Assembly: GCA_008369845.1 (NCBI GenBank) | Contig: MRSU01006085.1 | Coordinates: forward strand, 1 to 35,022 | DNA length: 35,022 nt | From: Trichomonas gallinae | Taxonomy: Eukaryota | Direction: 5' to 3' | In this document: one piece after another, positions 8,443 through 18,925 of the stretch | Layout: each line of letters begins with the position of its first letter | How positions within the stretch are numbered: position 1 is the first letter of the stretch | Notes under the pieces: generated by a model | Told to the model about the DNA's origin: nothing | Seen by the model: only the letters and a program-made list of their open reading frames with translations | Database searches by the model: none | Position numbers and translations under genes: made by a program

Positions 8443-9741
8443 ATGCAGACGATTGGGCGCTTTGTCAAGCTCTCACTCGATGATTCTGCGTTAGACAGAG
8501 CATTTGAGCAAATAAATTCGCGTATAGACCGTCAAGAAGAAATGATTCACGAATTACAGAGACAAATGAAAGAAAGACCAACAAGAAACGAGTTAAAAGA
8601 TGTTAATGAGAACTTACAGAAACTGAATGATGATAAAAACAAAGAAACTAACATGAGAATCGATAATTTAGTTGAAGGACTCGAAAAAAAGCTAAAAGAC
8701 CTCGAAGACACACTTGAAAACCGCATGCTAGACACAGCAAATATGATGAACCTAACGTTGCAGCAAAAGTTCGATGAACTAGAGAACAGAAACAATAATG
8801 GAGATACAAAAATGTCTGATTTCATCGAAAGGCTTCAAGCTCTCGAAGAAACAACATTCAACAACGGCAAGAAACTTCATCTCACAAGAGAAGCAGTTCA
8901 ACAGATTGCTTCTTCTATTTGTTATCTGAATAATACAAATGCTGTTCTCGATAACACACTTCCAGACACGCTTAAAGCTGCCATTGGCACAGTAACTACC
9001 AACTTCAAAGACATCTTCGACCAATTAAGCAAACTTAAGGATCGAGTTTCTTCAATTGCGCTCAAAGAAAGGCGAGCAGCGCCGCAGGTCATCGAGAAAC
9101 CTGTCACACAAGGTAACCCGATGGATATCGACATATCAAACATCCATCCTTACCCAAGCGTCACTGCTCATTGGAGAGATGCACCAGATTTGCCGCCAAT
9201 CAACCAGTTCATGAATATCGGCGAAGTTGTGGACTACATATACAGAATGGTACCAAAGCTGCAGGCCCATTTAACAGCTATGCAGGCCAAAATTGTCGAA
9301 AATGCACAAGATATTCTCGGAAAAGTCGACAAATCTCTTGTCGAGAAAATGTTCGAGAAGTTCCAGGCAGTCATAGGCGAGATGGCTGGACGTATAGATG
9401 AGCTCAAGGACTGCATAGAAGAGACAGCAACAAGAGACGAAATCAACGCAATGATCGAAGACATCTTCAATTCTATGTCGCAAGGTGGACAAACAGCAAT
9501 CGGCCGTGTCCGCTGCATTGCATGCGGAAGAGAGATCCCTCAAGTCACAGGAGCTACTAGCGAGGAAGATGCTACAAGAATGCTTGGACAGCCACCGAAC
9601 AGCTACGCTGGTAAAGGCGCTACAACAAATCTCGGAATTTTGTATTCGAAGAAAGATGGTATGGACTCCGCAATTATAGAATCGCCTAGATCAATTAGAC
9701 CATTTAAGCCTCAGACAGCACGCGCAAAGACTCCTCGTTAA
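8443..9741 (+). CDS. Coiled-coil protein with C-terminal RCIACGR motif, possibly DUF4795 (QRICH2/C16orf96)-like
   Basis: 432-aa ATG ORF. A long coiled coil containing KVDK is followed by AIGRVRCIACGREIP, reminiscent of the CLSCDRP motif of DUF4795. The family call is tentative; the CDS itself is solid. Confidence 0.75.
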   Translation: MQTIGRFVKLSLDDSALDRAFEQINSRIDRQEEMIHELQRQMKERPTRNELKDVNENLQKLNDDKNKETNMRIDNLVEGLEKKLKDLEDTLENRMLDTANMMNLTLQQKFDELENRNNNGDTKMSDFIERLQALEETTFNNGKKLHLTREAVQQIASSICYLNNTNAVLDNTLPDTLKAAIGTVTTNFKDIFDQLSKLKDRVSSIALKERRAAPQVIEKPVTQGNPMDIDISNIHPYPSVTAHWRDAPDLPPINQFMNIGEVVDYIYRMVPKLQAHLTAMQAKIVENAQDILGKVDKSLVEKMFEKFQAVIGEMAGRIDELKDCIEETATRDEINAMIEDIFNSMSQGGQTAIGRVRCIACGREIPQVTGATSEEDATRMLGQPPNSYAGKGATTNLGILYSKKDGMDSAIIESPRSIRPFKPQTARAKTPR

Positions 9742-9916
9742 TATTATCCAATTTTTTTATATTTTTAGATATATATTTATTATTATGCTATTTATTTAAA
9801 CAGTGGTTATATATATTAAAATATTTTAATTGTTTTCAATATTCATGCAATAAATGAAATATTTTATCAAATATAGTACCAAAAATTTGGATTTCAAAGT
9901 ATAATAAACTCTCATT

Positions 9917-10234
9917 TTACTGAGCTTGGAACAAGAGGAAACCTAACTGGTCGATGTAGAGATAAACAAAGTTGCCGGCAATATGTTTAAGATTTGAAGC
10001 AAAATTATGTCCAACAATAACATTCCATGTTGGACCGAACTGTTTGTCCATTGTTTTCTTCAAATATTCTGCCATTTCGCGTTGTGTATTAAATTTTTGT
10101 GCGCACATCTGACATTCGGCTTTAATACGGTTTGTTACTTCTTCTGTGCAGTCTGTCTTGACGACGTTGACCATCGCGCGATCTTCCGCTGTTGGTCCTG
10201 TCTGTGCATTCGTTGCTGCTGGCTGCTGTGACAT
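9917..10234 (-). CDS. Dynein light chain type 1 (LC8 family)
   Basis: REMAEYLKKTMDKQFGPTWNVIVGHNFASNLKH..GNFVYLYIDQLGFLLF matches the LC8 consensus ([28 protein letters not shown].H....FIYFY....A.LLF). Confidence 0.93.
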   Translation of the reverse strand: MSQQPAATNAQTGPTAEDRAMVNVVKTDCTEEVTNRIKAECQMCAQKFNTQREMAEYLKKTMDKQFGPTWNVIVGHNFASNLKHIAGNFVYLYIDQLGFLLFQAQ

Positions 10235-10254
10235 TATTGATAACGGATTTTGCT

Positions 10255-10262
10255 GTCACTTT
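10255..10262 (-). promoter_or_regulatory. AAAGTGAC upstream motif (resembles the M2-type promoter motif I recall for T. vaginalis)
   Basis: AAAGTGAC on the coding strand about 20 nt upstream of the dynein light chain ATG. The same 8-mer also occurs near 31002 and 31076. Confidence 0.45.
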
Positions 10263-10311
10263 TTATCATTTTGCAAACCAATTTTTTTTTTTCTTTTTCA
10301 CGCCTCGTCAC

Positions 10312-10845
10312 TAATAACATAGATTTCTCACATGTTTATGGCTCTAAATTTTGAATATTGAAAACATTTATCATATAATTCATAATAATTGAAATTTCTT
10401 GATTTTGAAACTTGTCTCGCATAATATAGTTTTCTCACATATATAATGCTTAAAATTCTGAATTATATTAAAATTTATTATATATTTCATAAATTTTAAA
10501 AATTCTTGAATTTAAAAATTGTCTCTCATAATAAAAATTTTTCACATGTTTTGCGCTTTAAATTCTGAATTATGATAGTTTTTATCAAATATTTAATTTG
10601 AACGGAAATTTCTTGATATTGATTCTTGTTTTTGATAAAATATATTTCTTGCATATTTAGTGCTTTAAATTTTGAATCATGAATGCATTTATCATATATT
10701 TCATTCGATTTGAAATTTTATGATTTTGAAACTTGTGATTCATGTAATTAAAAATTCACATCTTGTACGCTTTAAATTTGGTTTCTAGATGTAAATTTTT
10801 TAAAAATTATCATATTCTTAAGTTTTCATGATTCTCGGCCTCATA
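10312..10845. repeat. Diverged 107-bp tandem repeat, 5 copies
   Basis: CACAT anchor at 10329, 10436, 10543, about 10650 (degenerate) and 10757. Each unit also carries GCT(C/T)(T/A)AAATT and a TGA..TT.A..(C/A)TTGT segment, which is most degenerate in the last copy. Confidence 0.88.
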
Positions 10846-10996
10846 ATTCATGATATAGTATTACTTTTGCCTCCATATTTTATATATTAATTCATGATTT
10901 TCAATCTAGAATAATATCAAATTTTAAATATCTGATAATAAGTTGAAAAGATTTAGTATAAGTATAATAAACAAACAATTTATTTAAGCAAACAAA

Positions 10997-12577
10997 CTAA
11001 TGATTCAATTTTTCATCAATCATAGAAATTGAATAAGCAATATTTCCTATTTCTTCATTAACCATGCGCGTTGTTACTCTTGTTGGAGGCTCATCATCCT
11101 CGATTTTCTGTCTTGCAACTCTTATGAATTCAATCGCGCGAGATGCAACACCTAATGGGCCCATAATACCAGAAAGCATCATAGAGTCCTGAAGTGTTGA
11201 AAATGCAGCTAACGTTTTCCTAACTAAATCAATCTTTTCGGAATAAATTTCATATTCTTCCTGAGAAGATGACAAACTCTGTCGTATGATCGACTCTTTC
11301 TGTTTAATTATATCATTTGTAGATAACTCGTTCTGTTTGTTACATTCTGTGACACGAATTAACGAAGATATTCTATTATTTTCTTGTCTAAGCTGCTCGA
11401 TTTGCTGTGTGCGAAGATTAATCTGATTATTGACATTTATGCGTGATTCTCTGATGATTTGTAATTCATCTTCAATCGATTTAGAATTTTGCAATAATTT
11501 TCTTGAATTTTCGTCAATTTTATCTATCTTTGCGCGAAGTTGTTTATGATCATTAAGTGAATTCAAATGTATATGACGATTGAGTTTAATGCCTCTTGTT
11601 AAGTCATTTAATGACGATTTATTTGATTCATAGGTAGCTGATATGGATGAATAGTTTGATTCTATTTCTCGTAACTTTCTGAGTAAATTCTCACTTTCTT
11701 TGTTATATTGGTCGATTTTTTCATTAGATTCAATTCTAATTTGTTCGAGTTGAGTTTCTGCTTCTTCAAGAGCCTTGATAAGTGGCTGTTCATCGTCAAT
11801 TAACTGCTGATATGTCGCTGTTAGTTTTCCAACTTTCGTTCGTAATTTTAATTTTATTGAGCTCCTTTTTTCGTGAGAGCTGTCGTGGATGTTCTTAATC
11901 TCTATCAGTTCTTGCTTTTTAGCATTCAAAATATCTTGTAATTCTTGTTTCTTTGATTCTTTATCTTGAACGCGAATTTCTAATGAATTTATGCAAGGTT
12001 CTAGGTCTGATATAGCATTCTGTAGTTTAATGCTTTTCGATGAGCAAACTGCAATTGTGTCATTTAAAGCTTTCATTGATTTTTTAAATTCGTTATCGTG
12101 ATTTTGAATAGAATTTTCAAGATCTTTAAGTGAGTTTTCTAGTAATTCCTTTGTCTTCGTATTATCTTGAACTTGTTCAGATAATGTCTTAGATTTATTC
12201 AGTAATTCGATATTTTCCTCGATTGTCAATTTAACATCTTGTAAATCCTTGTGTTCGAAGTTTTTGACTTTGTTAAAGTATTTGATGAATGTTTCTACAT
12301 TTGTTTTTCTTTTTTCAAGTTCTTCGAGGTCAAATTTAGGGTTTCGCTTAATGAGAGCAAGCTCATTTCTTAAATCAAAGTTAATACGCATCTGATCGTG
12401 AAAAATGCCGAAGAATTCTTGCAAAAGAGCGAAGGCAGGATCATTTCTTTTGGAATCAAAGTGAGATTTGATGTAATGCGATATGCTCTCTGTCTGGGCG
12501 AACAAATCGGATGAATATGACAGCTTTGAATAGCTTTTTGAGCTTTTCCCTCCATAGGAAACAGAAGAAAAACTCAT
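10997..12577 (-). CDS. Long coiled-coil hypothetical protein
   Basis: The ORF-track start at 12676 is GTG; the first ATG is at 12577 (MSFSSVS). Extended heptads rich in K/E/N/Q/S/L/I. Confidence 0.8.
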   Translation of the reverse strand: MSFSSVSYGGKSSKSYSKLSYSSDLFAQTESISHYIKSHFDSKRNDPAFALLQEFFGIFHDQMRINFDLRNELALIKRNPKFDLEELEKRKTNVETFIKYFNKVKNFEHKDLQDVKLTIEENIELLNKSKTLSEQVQDNTKTKELLENSLKDLENSIQNHDNEFKKSMKALNDTIAVCSSKSIKLQNAISDLEPCINSLEIRVQDKESKKQELQDILNAKKQELIEIKNIHDSSHEKRSSIKLKLRTKVGKLTATYQQLIDDEQPLIKALEEAETQLEQIRIESNEKIDQYNKESENLLRKLREIESNYSSISATYESNKSSLNDLTRGIKLNRHIHLNSLNDHKQLRAKIDKIDENSRKLLQNSKSIEDELQIIRESRINVNNQINLRTQQIEQLRQENNRISSLIRVTECNKQNELSTNDIIKQKESIIRQSLSSSQEEYEIYSEKIDLVRKTLAAFSTLQDSMMLSGIMGPLGVASRAIEFIRVARQKIEDDEPPTRVTTRMVNEEIGNIAYSISMIDEKLNH

Positions 12578-13179
12578 TTTGCTGACACTTTTATTGGCGC
12601 GAAAATCTTGTTGACCGTTTATTTTCTTATTTCTTTTTGGATTAAAAATATAGATACTATAACCAATTATATTCACTTTTTGGTCGCGTTTTTATTTTTA
12701 GGCGAGTTCTATGAAATATCTCAGATAATTTACGCATGTATATTGAGAATATGTGTTCATCCGTTACCACATATCTGCTTTTGACACATAGGTTTCTTGA
12801 TATTGATATTAAAGTCTATTGTCATAATTTTTTTTTTACTTTGTAAATCAAAAATGACACTTTACAAATCCGTTAATATTATATTTCGCGAACATAATAT
12901 TTATGGGTTATCCTTTGGATGTATTTACCAAATTCAAATAAAAAAATGCGGACACCCAAAATCTGACATTTGGCAAAAATTCACATGCTAGGTTAATAGT
13001 CTATTAGCGTAGGCGATTAGAACTGAACTAGCCTAGTAGGTAAACATCATAGTATACTAAATCTTATTCATTCGATTTATTTCGATTTTCTTCATAAATT
13101 TATTAAAAATATTTTAGCACTTTTTATTTTTTGTTGGCAATTTTTTTCATAAAAAGTGCCATTTTTTTAGAAAAAGCAA

Positions 13180-14874
13180 ATGCAGATTGGTACTGCCATT
13201 ATCCAGTTTGGTAATTACGAAACCCGCTATTACTTCCACCCCGATGGAAAACCAAAAATGTCCGTTCAGCCAACTCCGGATAAAATTCCTTCAGTTGCAG
13301 GCCTCAATTTCAATAAAAAGATGCCCATGAGCTCTGCTGAGATTCAAAATGGTCAGTACTTATTCGAGGATGGATGTGCCCGCAGATTCATCAGGGATCT
13401 AGGAACAGATAAAGAATATTTTGCATTTTCCGACCCCAAACAAATTTACACGGCAAATGATGCATTCTTAGCACTTTTGTACAACATCAAAGATAAGCTT
13501 TGCCCAAGCCAATCAAAGAGAGAAATTAATAACTATATTTTCATCATTGATCTATCATGGACCCGAGAAATGAAAGCCGTACTCAAAGCATGTGCCACTT
13601 ATCAGGAAATGACGCCATACAAAATCATTAAATCAAGTGATGCGCTATCTTTTCAATTTTCAACACGAATCTTGGAATCCCGCCAAAATATTGAAGAATA
13701 CAATTCAATAATCCTTAACATTGGTGACTCTTCCATTGATTTAATGGATGTACGCTATGCAAATAAAAGTGCTACTTATCAGAATTACAGCTGTCTTAAT
13801 AGAGGCGTTTTAGATCTCAAATATGCTATTGCCAATTACATTATAGATCGTCTCAGTAAAAATGAATCGGAATTAACACAGGAAGGACAAGATTATCTTA
13901 AAGAAATTAAAAAGCGCTCACCAAAACATAAAGAGTGCTTCTTTAGTGCAGTACACAAATTCTACGAATCACTGTACGCAAACCACAAAAGTGTTTTTTC
14001 TCCTCAGTCAGAAACCAATTTGCCCCCTGATTTCAAAATGGAAATTTCCTACAAAGATGTTATTGGAATTGAAGATATTAAGAATATCATTGAATACGTA
14101 AAATCCTTCGTTTCTAATTATATCGACGAACTACGAAAGTCTGTCAATATAAATTCTTGCATTCCAATCGGCGCCGGCAGTTTCGGACACATCTTTTCCC
14201 GAGAAATCATCAAACCATTACTTGAAGACAAAAACATCAAAAAAGAAGGCTTTTTAGACCCGACGTTATCAATTTTCAATGGTGCACTTTCTATGCTCCA
14301 AAATGGCATGATTAACATCCCAACGATTCGCCATGGCAAACCTCTAAACATCAACTCCGACGATAAGATTTTCTCAAGTAATAAGGAAGGTAAACCTTCC
14401 ACCAAGGTTGACAACGTTACCTTCAAGAATTATCTTAATAAATTCTTGGAATTAAGCAAAGTAGATGAATATCTTAATGCAAATGACTATCTCATTGAAG
14501 ATGGAAATAAATTCTTCCAAAGCATCAAAGGATATTTGGGTAACTCAAATAATTATAAACAATATGAAGTAACTAATTTTGAGAAAATCGATGAAAGAGA
14601 TTCTGATGATGTCATTGTTAAAGTGCAGAAACTTAAAAAGAATTTCGAAAAAAATATTAAACGCGCAATTAAAGAAGCAGTCAAAAACCCTCAAAATGAT
14701 GTTAATGATATCAACAAAAGCGTTAAATCTGCCCTTATAAAGACAGGTGATTCATTTACACCATCTGAAAAATCAGCATTGCACTCCTATGGAAATGTAA
14801 TTAAAACGAGTGTTGAAGCAGAGAAAAATAAAAATAAATTCAATACTCTTGAAAAACAAAAAGTTGATTATTAA
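13180..14874 (+). CDS. Divergent Hsp70/DnaK-like (actin-like ATPase fold) protein with degenerate nucleotide-binding motifs
   Basis: Blocks collinear with the Hsp70 NBD: IIQFGN (IDLGT), IPSVAG (TPSYVAF), YTANDAFLALL (FxPEEISSMVL), IIKSSDA (IINEPTA), ILNIGDSSIDL (IFDLGGGTFDV), RGVLDLK (LGGEDFD), IPIGAGS (VLVGGS), LDPTLSIFNGA (INPDEAVAYGA). Confidence 0.7.
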   Translation: MQIGTAIIQFGNYETRYYFHPDGKPKMSVQPTPDKIPSVAGLNFNKKMPMSSAEIQNGQYLFEDGCARRFIRDLGTDKEYFAFSDPKQIYTANDAFLALLYNIKDKLCPSQSKREINNYIFIIDLSWTREMKAVLKACATYQEMTPYKIIKSSDALSFQFSTRILESRQNIEEYNSIILNIGDSSIDLMDVRYANKSATYQNYSCLNRGVLDLKYAIANYIIDRLSKNESELTQEGQDYLKEIKKRSPKHKECFFSAVHKFYESLYANHKSVFSPQSETNLPPDFKMEISYKDVIGIEDIKNIIEYVKSFVSNYIDELRKSVNINSCIPIGAGSFGHIFSREIIKPLLEDKNIKKEGFLDPTLSIFNGALSMLQNGMINIPTIRHGKPLNINSDDKIFSSNKEGKPSTKVDNVTFKNYLNKFLELSKVDEYLNANDYLIEDGNKFFQSIKGYLGNSNNYKQYEVTNFEKIDERDSDDVIVKVQKLKKNFEKNIKRAIKEAVKNPQNDVNDINKSVKSALIKTGDSFTPSEKSALHSYGNVIKTSVEAEKNKNKFNTLEKQKVDY

Positions 14875-15160
14875 TAAATTATTCGTTTTATTGATTTTTT
14901 AAAGCAATATATTCCTAAATATATCTAGATCTCAATTGCATTTAATATTTTTCATATTGATATCTACTATCATAGCATTCAATACATTGTTGCATTATAC
15001 TATTATTGTTATATGAAACAAAACAAACAGTTTCACAAAGCTCAGAAAGTTTATTTTCAAATTGGAAATATTTCTTATAAACAAATTTAAATATAACGCT
15101 ATATAATATCGCTTTTTATTGCCAGCAGATACCAAAATGACCAGAATCATAATCGTAATT

Positions 15161-15355
15161 AATTTGTCTAGTAAATAATAATTTTTGTCAGAAATTTGTG
15201 AAATATGCCAAATAAAATATAAGAATTTGTCAAGTAAATTTGAGTTTTTGTCGGAAATTTGTGAAATTTGCCAAGTAAATATGAAAATTTGTCAAGTAAA
15301 TTTGAGTTTTGTTAGAAAATTATGATATTTGTCAAGTAAATAGAAAAAATGTCAA
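15161..15355. repeat. Tandem repeat of about 62 bp (3 copies) built from subunits of about 21 bp, immediately upstream of the Vps39-like ATG
   Basis: AATTTGTC(A/T)AGTAAAT recurs near 15161, 15224 and 15286. TGYCA-like cores at 15165, 15186, 15206, 15228, 15249, 15269, 15290, 15310, 15330 and 15350. Confidence 0.88.
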
Positions 15356-15362
15356 ATATTTC

Positions 15363-18026
15363 ATGTCTAAGGATCAGCCTCTTTTTGAAACACCAAAGCT
15401 TAAGCATTCATTTGGTGATTCAGAAAAGATCAAGTTTATTGTTAGTACGGACTCTTTTGCTTATATTATCACGGAAGAAGGAAAAATGTATCGAACTTTG
15501 TTTGTCAACTTCAAATTACCAATTAAACAAGAATTTACTGAAATTCATTCGTTAGGTAAAATCAAAAAGATTGTTCCGATATACAGAGGCTCGCAATACA
15601 GACAATACACATTGCTTGTCTTAGTAAATCAAAAACTATACGCAATCCCTGAAGATGCAACGCAGTCTAAGATTACTCCGACACAAATCACATCAATTTC
15701 AGATCCGATTGATGATTTCTGTGTGACACCAAACAGAGAAAAAATCTGCGTGATATCGAAAAAGCGCTTGATATTTCTCACTGTTGGTAATAATTACAAT
15801 CAAATTGGAAAATATGTTGATGTTCAGGATTCAAATATCGTATGTGACAATTACTCAGTGATAATCTACGGAAAAGGTGAGAAAATGTATAATTTTACCA
15901 AAGATCAGCTCACTGATTTAACTACAGGGCCATCAAACAAGATTGGAATTGTTCAGGGAAATATTGAGAAATATTTCGACAGAAAACTCTTAGAACAAAC
16001 GATTTCATACCAATATTACAGTATCAAGAAGAACGAACCAGGAAATGTTAATTTTATCGGTCAAGGGCCATATTCGAGTTTCAAGCTAAATGTTCCTAGC
16101 GATATTGTTGATTTTACAATTAACTATCCATATGCTTTTGTGACATATGGTAAAACATTCTCTATGACATGTATTCCTTTCGAAGTAATGAATCAAAAGT
16201 ACGAATTTCCATTCCAATTCACTTCGCAGACACTTTGTGTCCTTCCCAATAGAATGGCTCTCGTTGGCGTCGCAAATAATCTTTATCTGATTAAATTTAC
16301 TGAAGCTTGCTCTCAAGTTAAATTGGTTGAGTCTGGAGGCGATACAACATTATTAATGGCAATTATGTTATGTTTGTCATTCCCAGAAACAGAGAAAGAC
16401 ATTTCTCATATTGAACATCAACTTTTCCATAAATACGGAGTTTATCACTTGAAGCAGAACAAAATTCCTGAAGCATTTACTTTCTTCCTCAGAGATACAA
16501 TGCCACCTATGCAAGTTTTAAGCTATTTCCCTGATATATGTCCATCAGAATCATTACTTGAAGTAGAATTGCATAAAAAAGCTCCATTACAAGTTGCTGA
16601 TAAGAGTGTTACTGGAATTGAATCATATGATGCCGAAAAAGTTAAAGCTCTCCAAAATTATATTTATGAAATTTTGAAAACTCAAAAATTCGATGCAGCA
16701 ACAATGAGAGGCATAGATTCAACTCTTGTTAAATGCATAGCAATAACAGAACCATCAAAATTCGGATCATTCATACAAGAACACAAAGACATATATTTCG
16801 ATTCCACGTCTACCTTTTTCATGAATTTATCAGCCGTTTCTCACTTCTGCATGTTATGCCAAGTACACGGCCAGCACGACAGGGCCTTGAGGTACTTCAA
16901 GCAGCGCAAGCACTGCGAGACTGAGATAATAGATTATATCCAGAAGTCTCCCGATTTCGCGAAACTCGCAAGACTGCATTTCAAAGACATCGCAAAAACC
17001 GCTCCAGAGAAAGCCCCTGAAGTATTCTGCTCACCTAACCTAGAGATAAGCCAAGTCCTCGAGGGTGGTAGTGGTGCCAAAGATGAGTCGTTACTGAGCT
17101 TCATACAGAACTTGAGGAACACGCCAGAAAGTTACCAGAAGGTTGACCCTGATTTCGTTGAAACGAGATTTTTGAGATTTTGCATATTCGAGAAAAACTT
17201 CAGAGACAAAAGATTATGTTCGAGACTTTGCGATTTGTACATCAACAAGCTGCAGCCTCTCGCACAATCGCGCGCAGGCAAGCCTTACATCAGCATCAGC
17301 CAAGAAACAGAGCCGAATAAGTCAACGAGGATGGGCTTGATAAAAGTTTTAGAACTCGGTGAGGTTGAAATAGATATAGACCCTGTCTTCATCGAAGAGA
17401 AAGTTTATTCTGTTGTCTCTTCATTCTCGAAGTTGAACTTGAACGGTGGAACTGACAGAGATAAATCAATGAAGCAGAATTTCTTCACGAAACTTTCTGG
17501 TTGTTTCGATTTGTTATGCAAAGAAGAAATCGATTTTTCGATTGCTTTGGATTTCTGCGAGAAAACATCCAAGAAACTATCAATCGATCCCAAAGAGATA
17601 TATACTTTACTGCTGACTAAACTTGTTGAAGTGGACTCAGACTCAAACAGAGAAAGAATGGTTGCGTTGGTCAACAAAAAAGCTGACGAGATTAATTACG
17701 CTGAAGCAATCGCTGCACTTCCTTCATCTGTCACTTTAAACGACATTTCAACATTACTGGCCACTGTATCTGTTGACAGAGTAAATGATCTAAGGAGATA
17801 TCAGATCGAAAACGCTCTACTCGAAGAAACACTAAAAAGGAAAAAACAACAGCTTCAATATCTTAGGGGTGGATATGCTCACATCACAAGCAACACTTTT
17901 TGCGCGATATGTGGAAGAGAATTCCATGACCAGCTCTTCTATGTTAGGCCGGATAACACTGTCACGCACATCATGTGCCTCGACAGTCCAAATTCTACTG
18001 ATGGAAATAATATTGGGCGAAATTAA
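15363..18026 (+). CDS. Vps39/Vam6 (or Vps3/TGFBRAP1)-like HOPS/CORVET tethering subunit
   Basis: A beta-rich CNH-like N-terminus (..YPYAFV..), a helical middle (PMQVLSYFP, IDSTLVKC, HDRAL) and a C-terminal Vps39_2-type Zn motif, ITSNTFCAICGREF..FYVRPDNTVTHIMC. The track start at 15309 is TTG inside the upstream repeat; the first ATG is at 15363. Confidence 0.85.
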   Translation: MSKDQPLFETPKLKHSFGDSEKIKFIVSTDSFAYIITEEGKMYRTLFVNFKLPIKQEFTEIHSLGKIKKIVPIYRGSQYRQYTLLVLVNQKLYAIPEDATQSKITPTQITSISDPIDDFCVTPNREKICVISKKRLIFLTVGNNYNQIGKYVDVQDSNIVCDNYSVIIYGKGEKMYNFTKDQLTDLTTGPSNKIGIVQGNIEKYFDRKLLEQTISYQYYSIKKNEPGNVNFIGQGPYSSFKLNVPSDIVDFTINYPYAFVTYGKTFSMTCIPFEVMNQKYEFPFQFTSQTLCVLPNRMALVGVANNLYLIKFTEACSQVKLVESGGDTTLLMAIMLCLSFPETEKDISHIEHQLFHKYGVYHLKQNKIPEAFTFFLRDTMPPMQVLSYFPDICPSESLLEVELHKKAPLQVADKSVTGIESYDAEKVKALQNYIYEILKTQKFDAATMRGIDSTLVKCIAITEPSKFGSFIQEHKDIYFDSTSTFFMNLSAVSHFCMLCQVHGQHDRALRYFKQRKHCETEIIDYIQKSPDFAKLARLHFKDIAKTAPEKAPEVFCSPNLEISQVLEGGSGAKDESLLSFIQNLRNTPESYQKVDPDFVETRFLRFCIFEKNFRDKRLCSRLCDLYINKLQPLAQSRAGKPYISISQETEPNKSTRMGLIKVLELGEVEIDIDPVFIEEKVYSVVSSFSKLNLNGGTDRDKSMKQNFFTKLSGCFDLLCKEEIDFSIALDFCEKTSKKLSIDPKEIYTLLLTKLVEVDSDSNRERMVALVNKKADEINYAEAIAALPSSVTLNDISTLLATVSVDRVNDLRRYQIENALLEETLKRKKQQLQYLRGGYAHITSNTFCAICGREFHDQLFYVRPDNTVTHIMCLDSPNSTDGNNIGRN

Positions 18027-18382
18027 TTTAACTATAATGTTTGTTTTGTTTTTCTCTATGATTAAATCTGGAATATTAAATTAGTATGTTAAAATATCCG
18101 TTTTTTTCTAATTTATACTTCAAATTTTTTTTATCATGAATTAAATAACATTTTTGGATAAAAATACAAAGCATCATTCATTATATATATTGATTCTCAA
18201 TGTGTTTAATTTGAAATTTGATATTTTAATTTGATTAATATTGATAAAAGTTTATATAATGGTTTGAGTTAAAATTTTGATTGTTTTGGAGGTAGTAAAA
18301 AGAGAAAATGTATAAAAATCAGCTAATTTATGATTTTTTATATGAATATTTAAACTCTTTACAAATTAAAACCTCTATGAAT

Positions 18383-18925
18383 TTATGCAATGTTAGCTTC
18401 AGATCTAAGGTACTCACCAAGATCTGCCTGACGTGCAACAACCATAATTGTTGGTGATGCAAGACGGCGCTGAACAGAATCCTGCAAAGCAACGCCAAGA
18501 CCGATTGGTAAGTTGTTATGGTTGTAAACGACAACGCCGACGTTCTTTGGTGTGCCTTCTGTCATTGTTTCGATACCTTCATTAAGGATATGCTGGCCGT
18601 ACAAGAAACCTAGTTCGGCAGACTGCTTGAGCCAAACTTTGTACTGTGCATATGGCGCGATGACTGGTAATGCTGTGATTTGAACGAAGAATCTGCCTGT
18701 TTTTGTGAATTTGCCGATGCAAATGCCTGCGGAGAGGATAAGTTTGTGAGCGAATGGTGGGCAAAGTTTCATAAGTGACTCTTTCATGTAATACACACGC
18801 TTATTATGGATTGCGAAAGTCCAAGTGCCGTCTTCACGCTCAATTAAAGCCTTACCGTTATCACCGATGTATTTAGAAAGCTTTTCGAAGAATAATTGTG
18901 CTTCTTTCTGTGTGAGTGGACGCAT
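18383..18925 (-). CDS. NIP7: 60S ribosome biogenesis protein NIP7 (PUA domain)
   Basis: MRPLTQKE..FEKLSKYIG.N, RVYY, G.CIGKFTKTGRF...ITAL, KVWLK..AE..FLYG.H, RQADLGEYLRSE. The 180-aa length is typical. Confidence 0.96.
   Translation of the reverse strand: MRPLTQKEAQLFFEKLSKYIGDNGKALIEREDGTWTFAIHNKRVYYMKESLMKLCPPFAHKLILSAGICIGKFTKTGRFFVQITALPVIAPYAQYKVWLKQSAELGFLYGQHILNEGIETMTEGTPKNVGVVVYNHNNLPIGLGVALQDSVQRRLASPTIMVVARQADLGEYLRSEANIA

Noticed and set aside
15309..15362. ORF-track 5' extension of the Vps39-like gene (also the GTG/TTG starts at 12676 and 19293)
   Set aside because: These are non-ATG starts in a eukaryotic context, and this one lies inside a tandem repeat.
16850..17350. Locally higher GC within the Vps39-like CDS, suggesting an insertion
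   Set aside because: The reading frame and helical character are continuous, there are no terminal repeats, and similar GC rises occur inside other long genes here.
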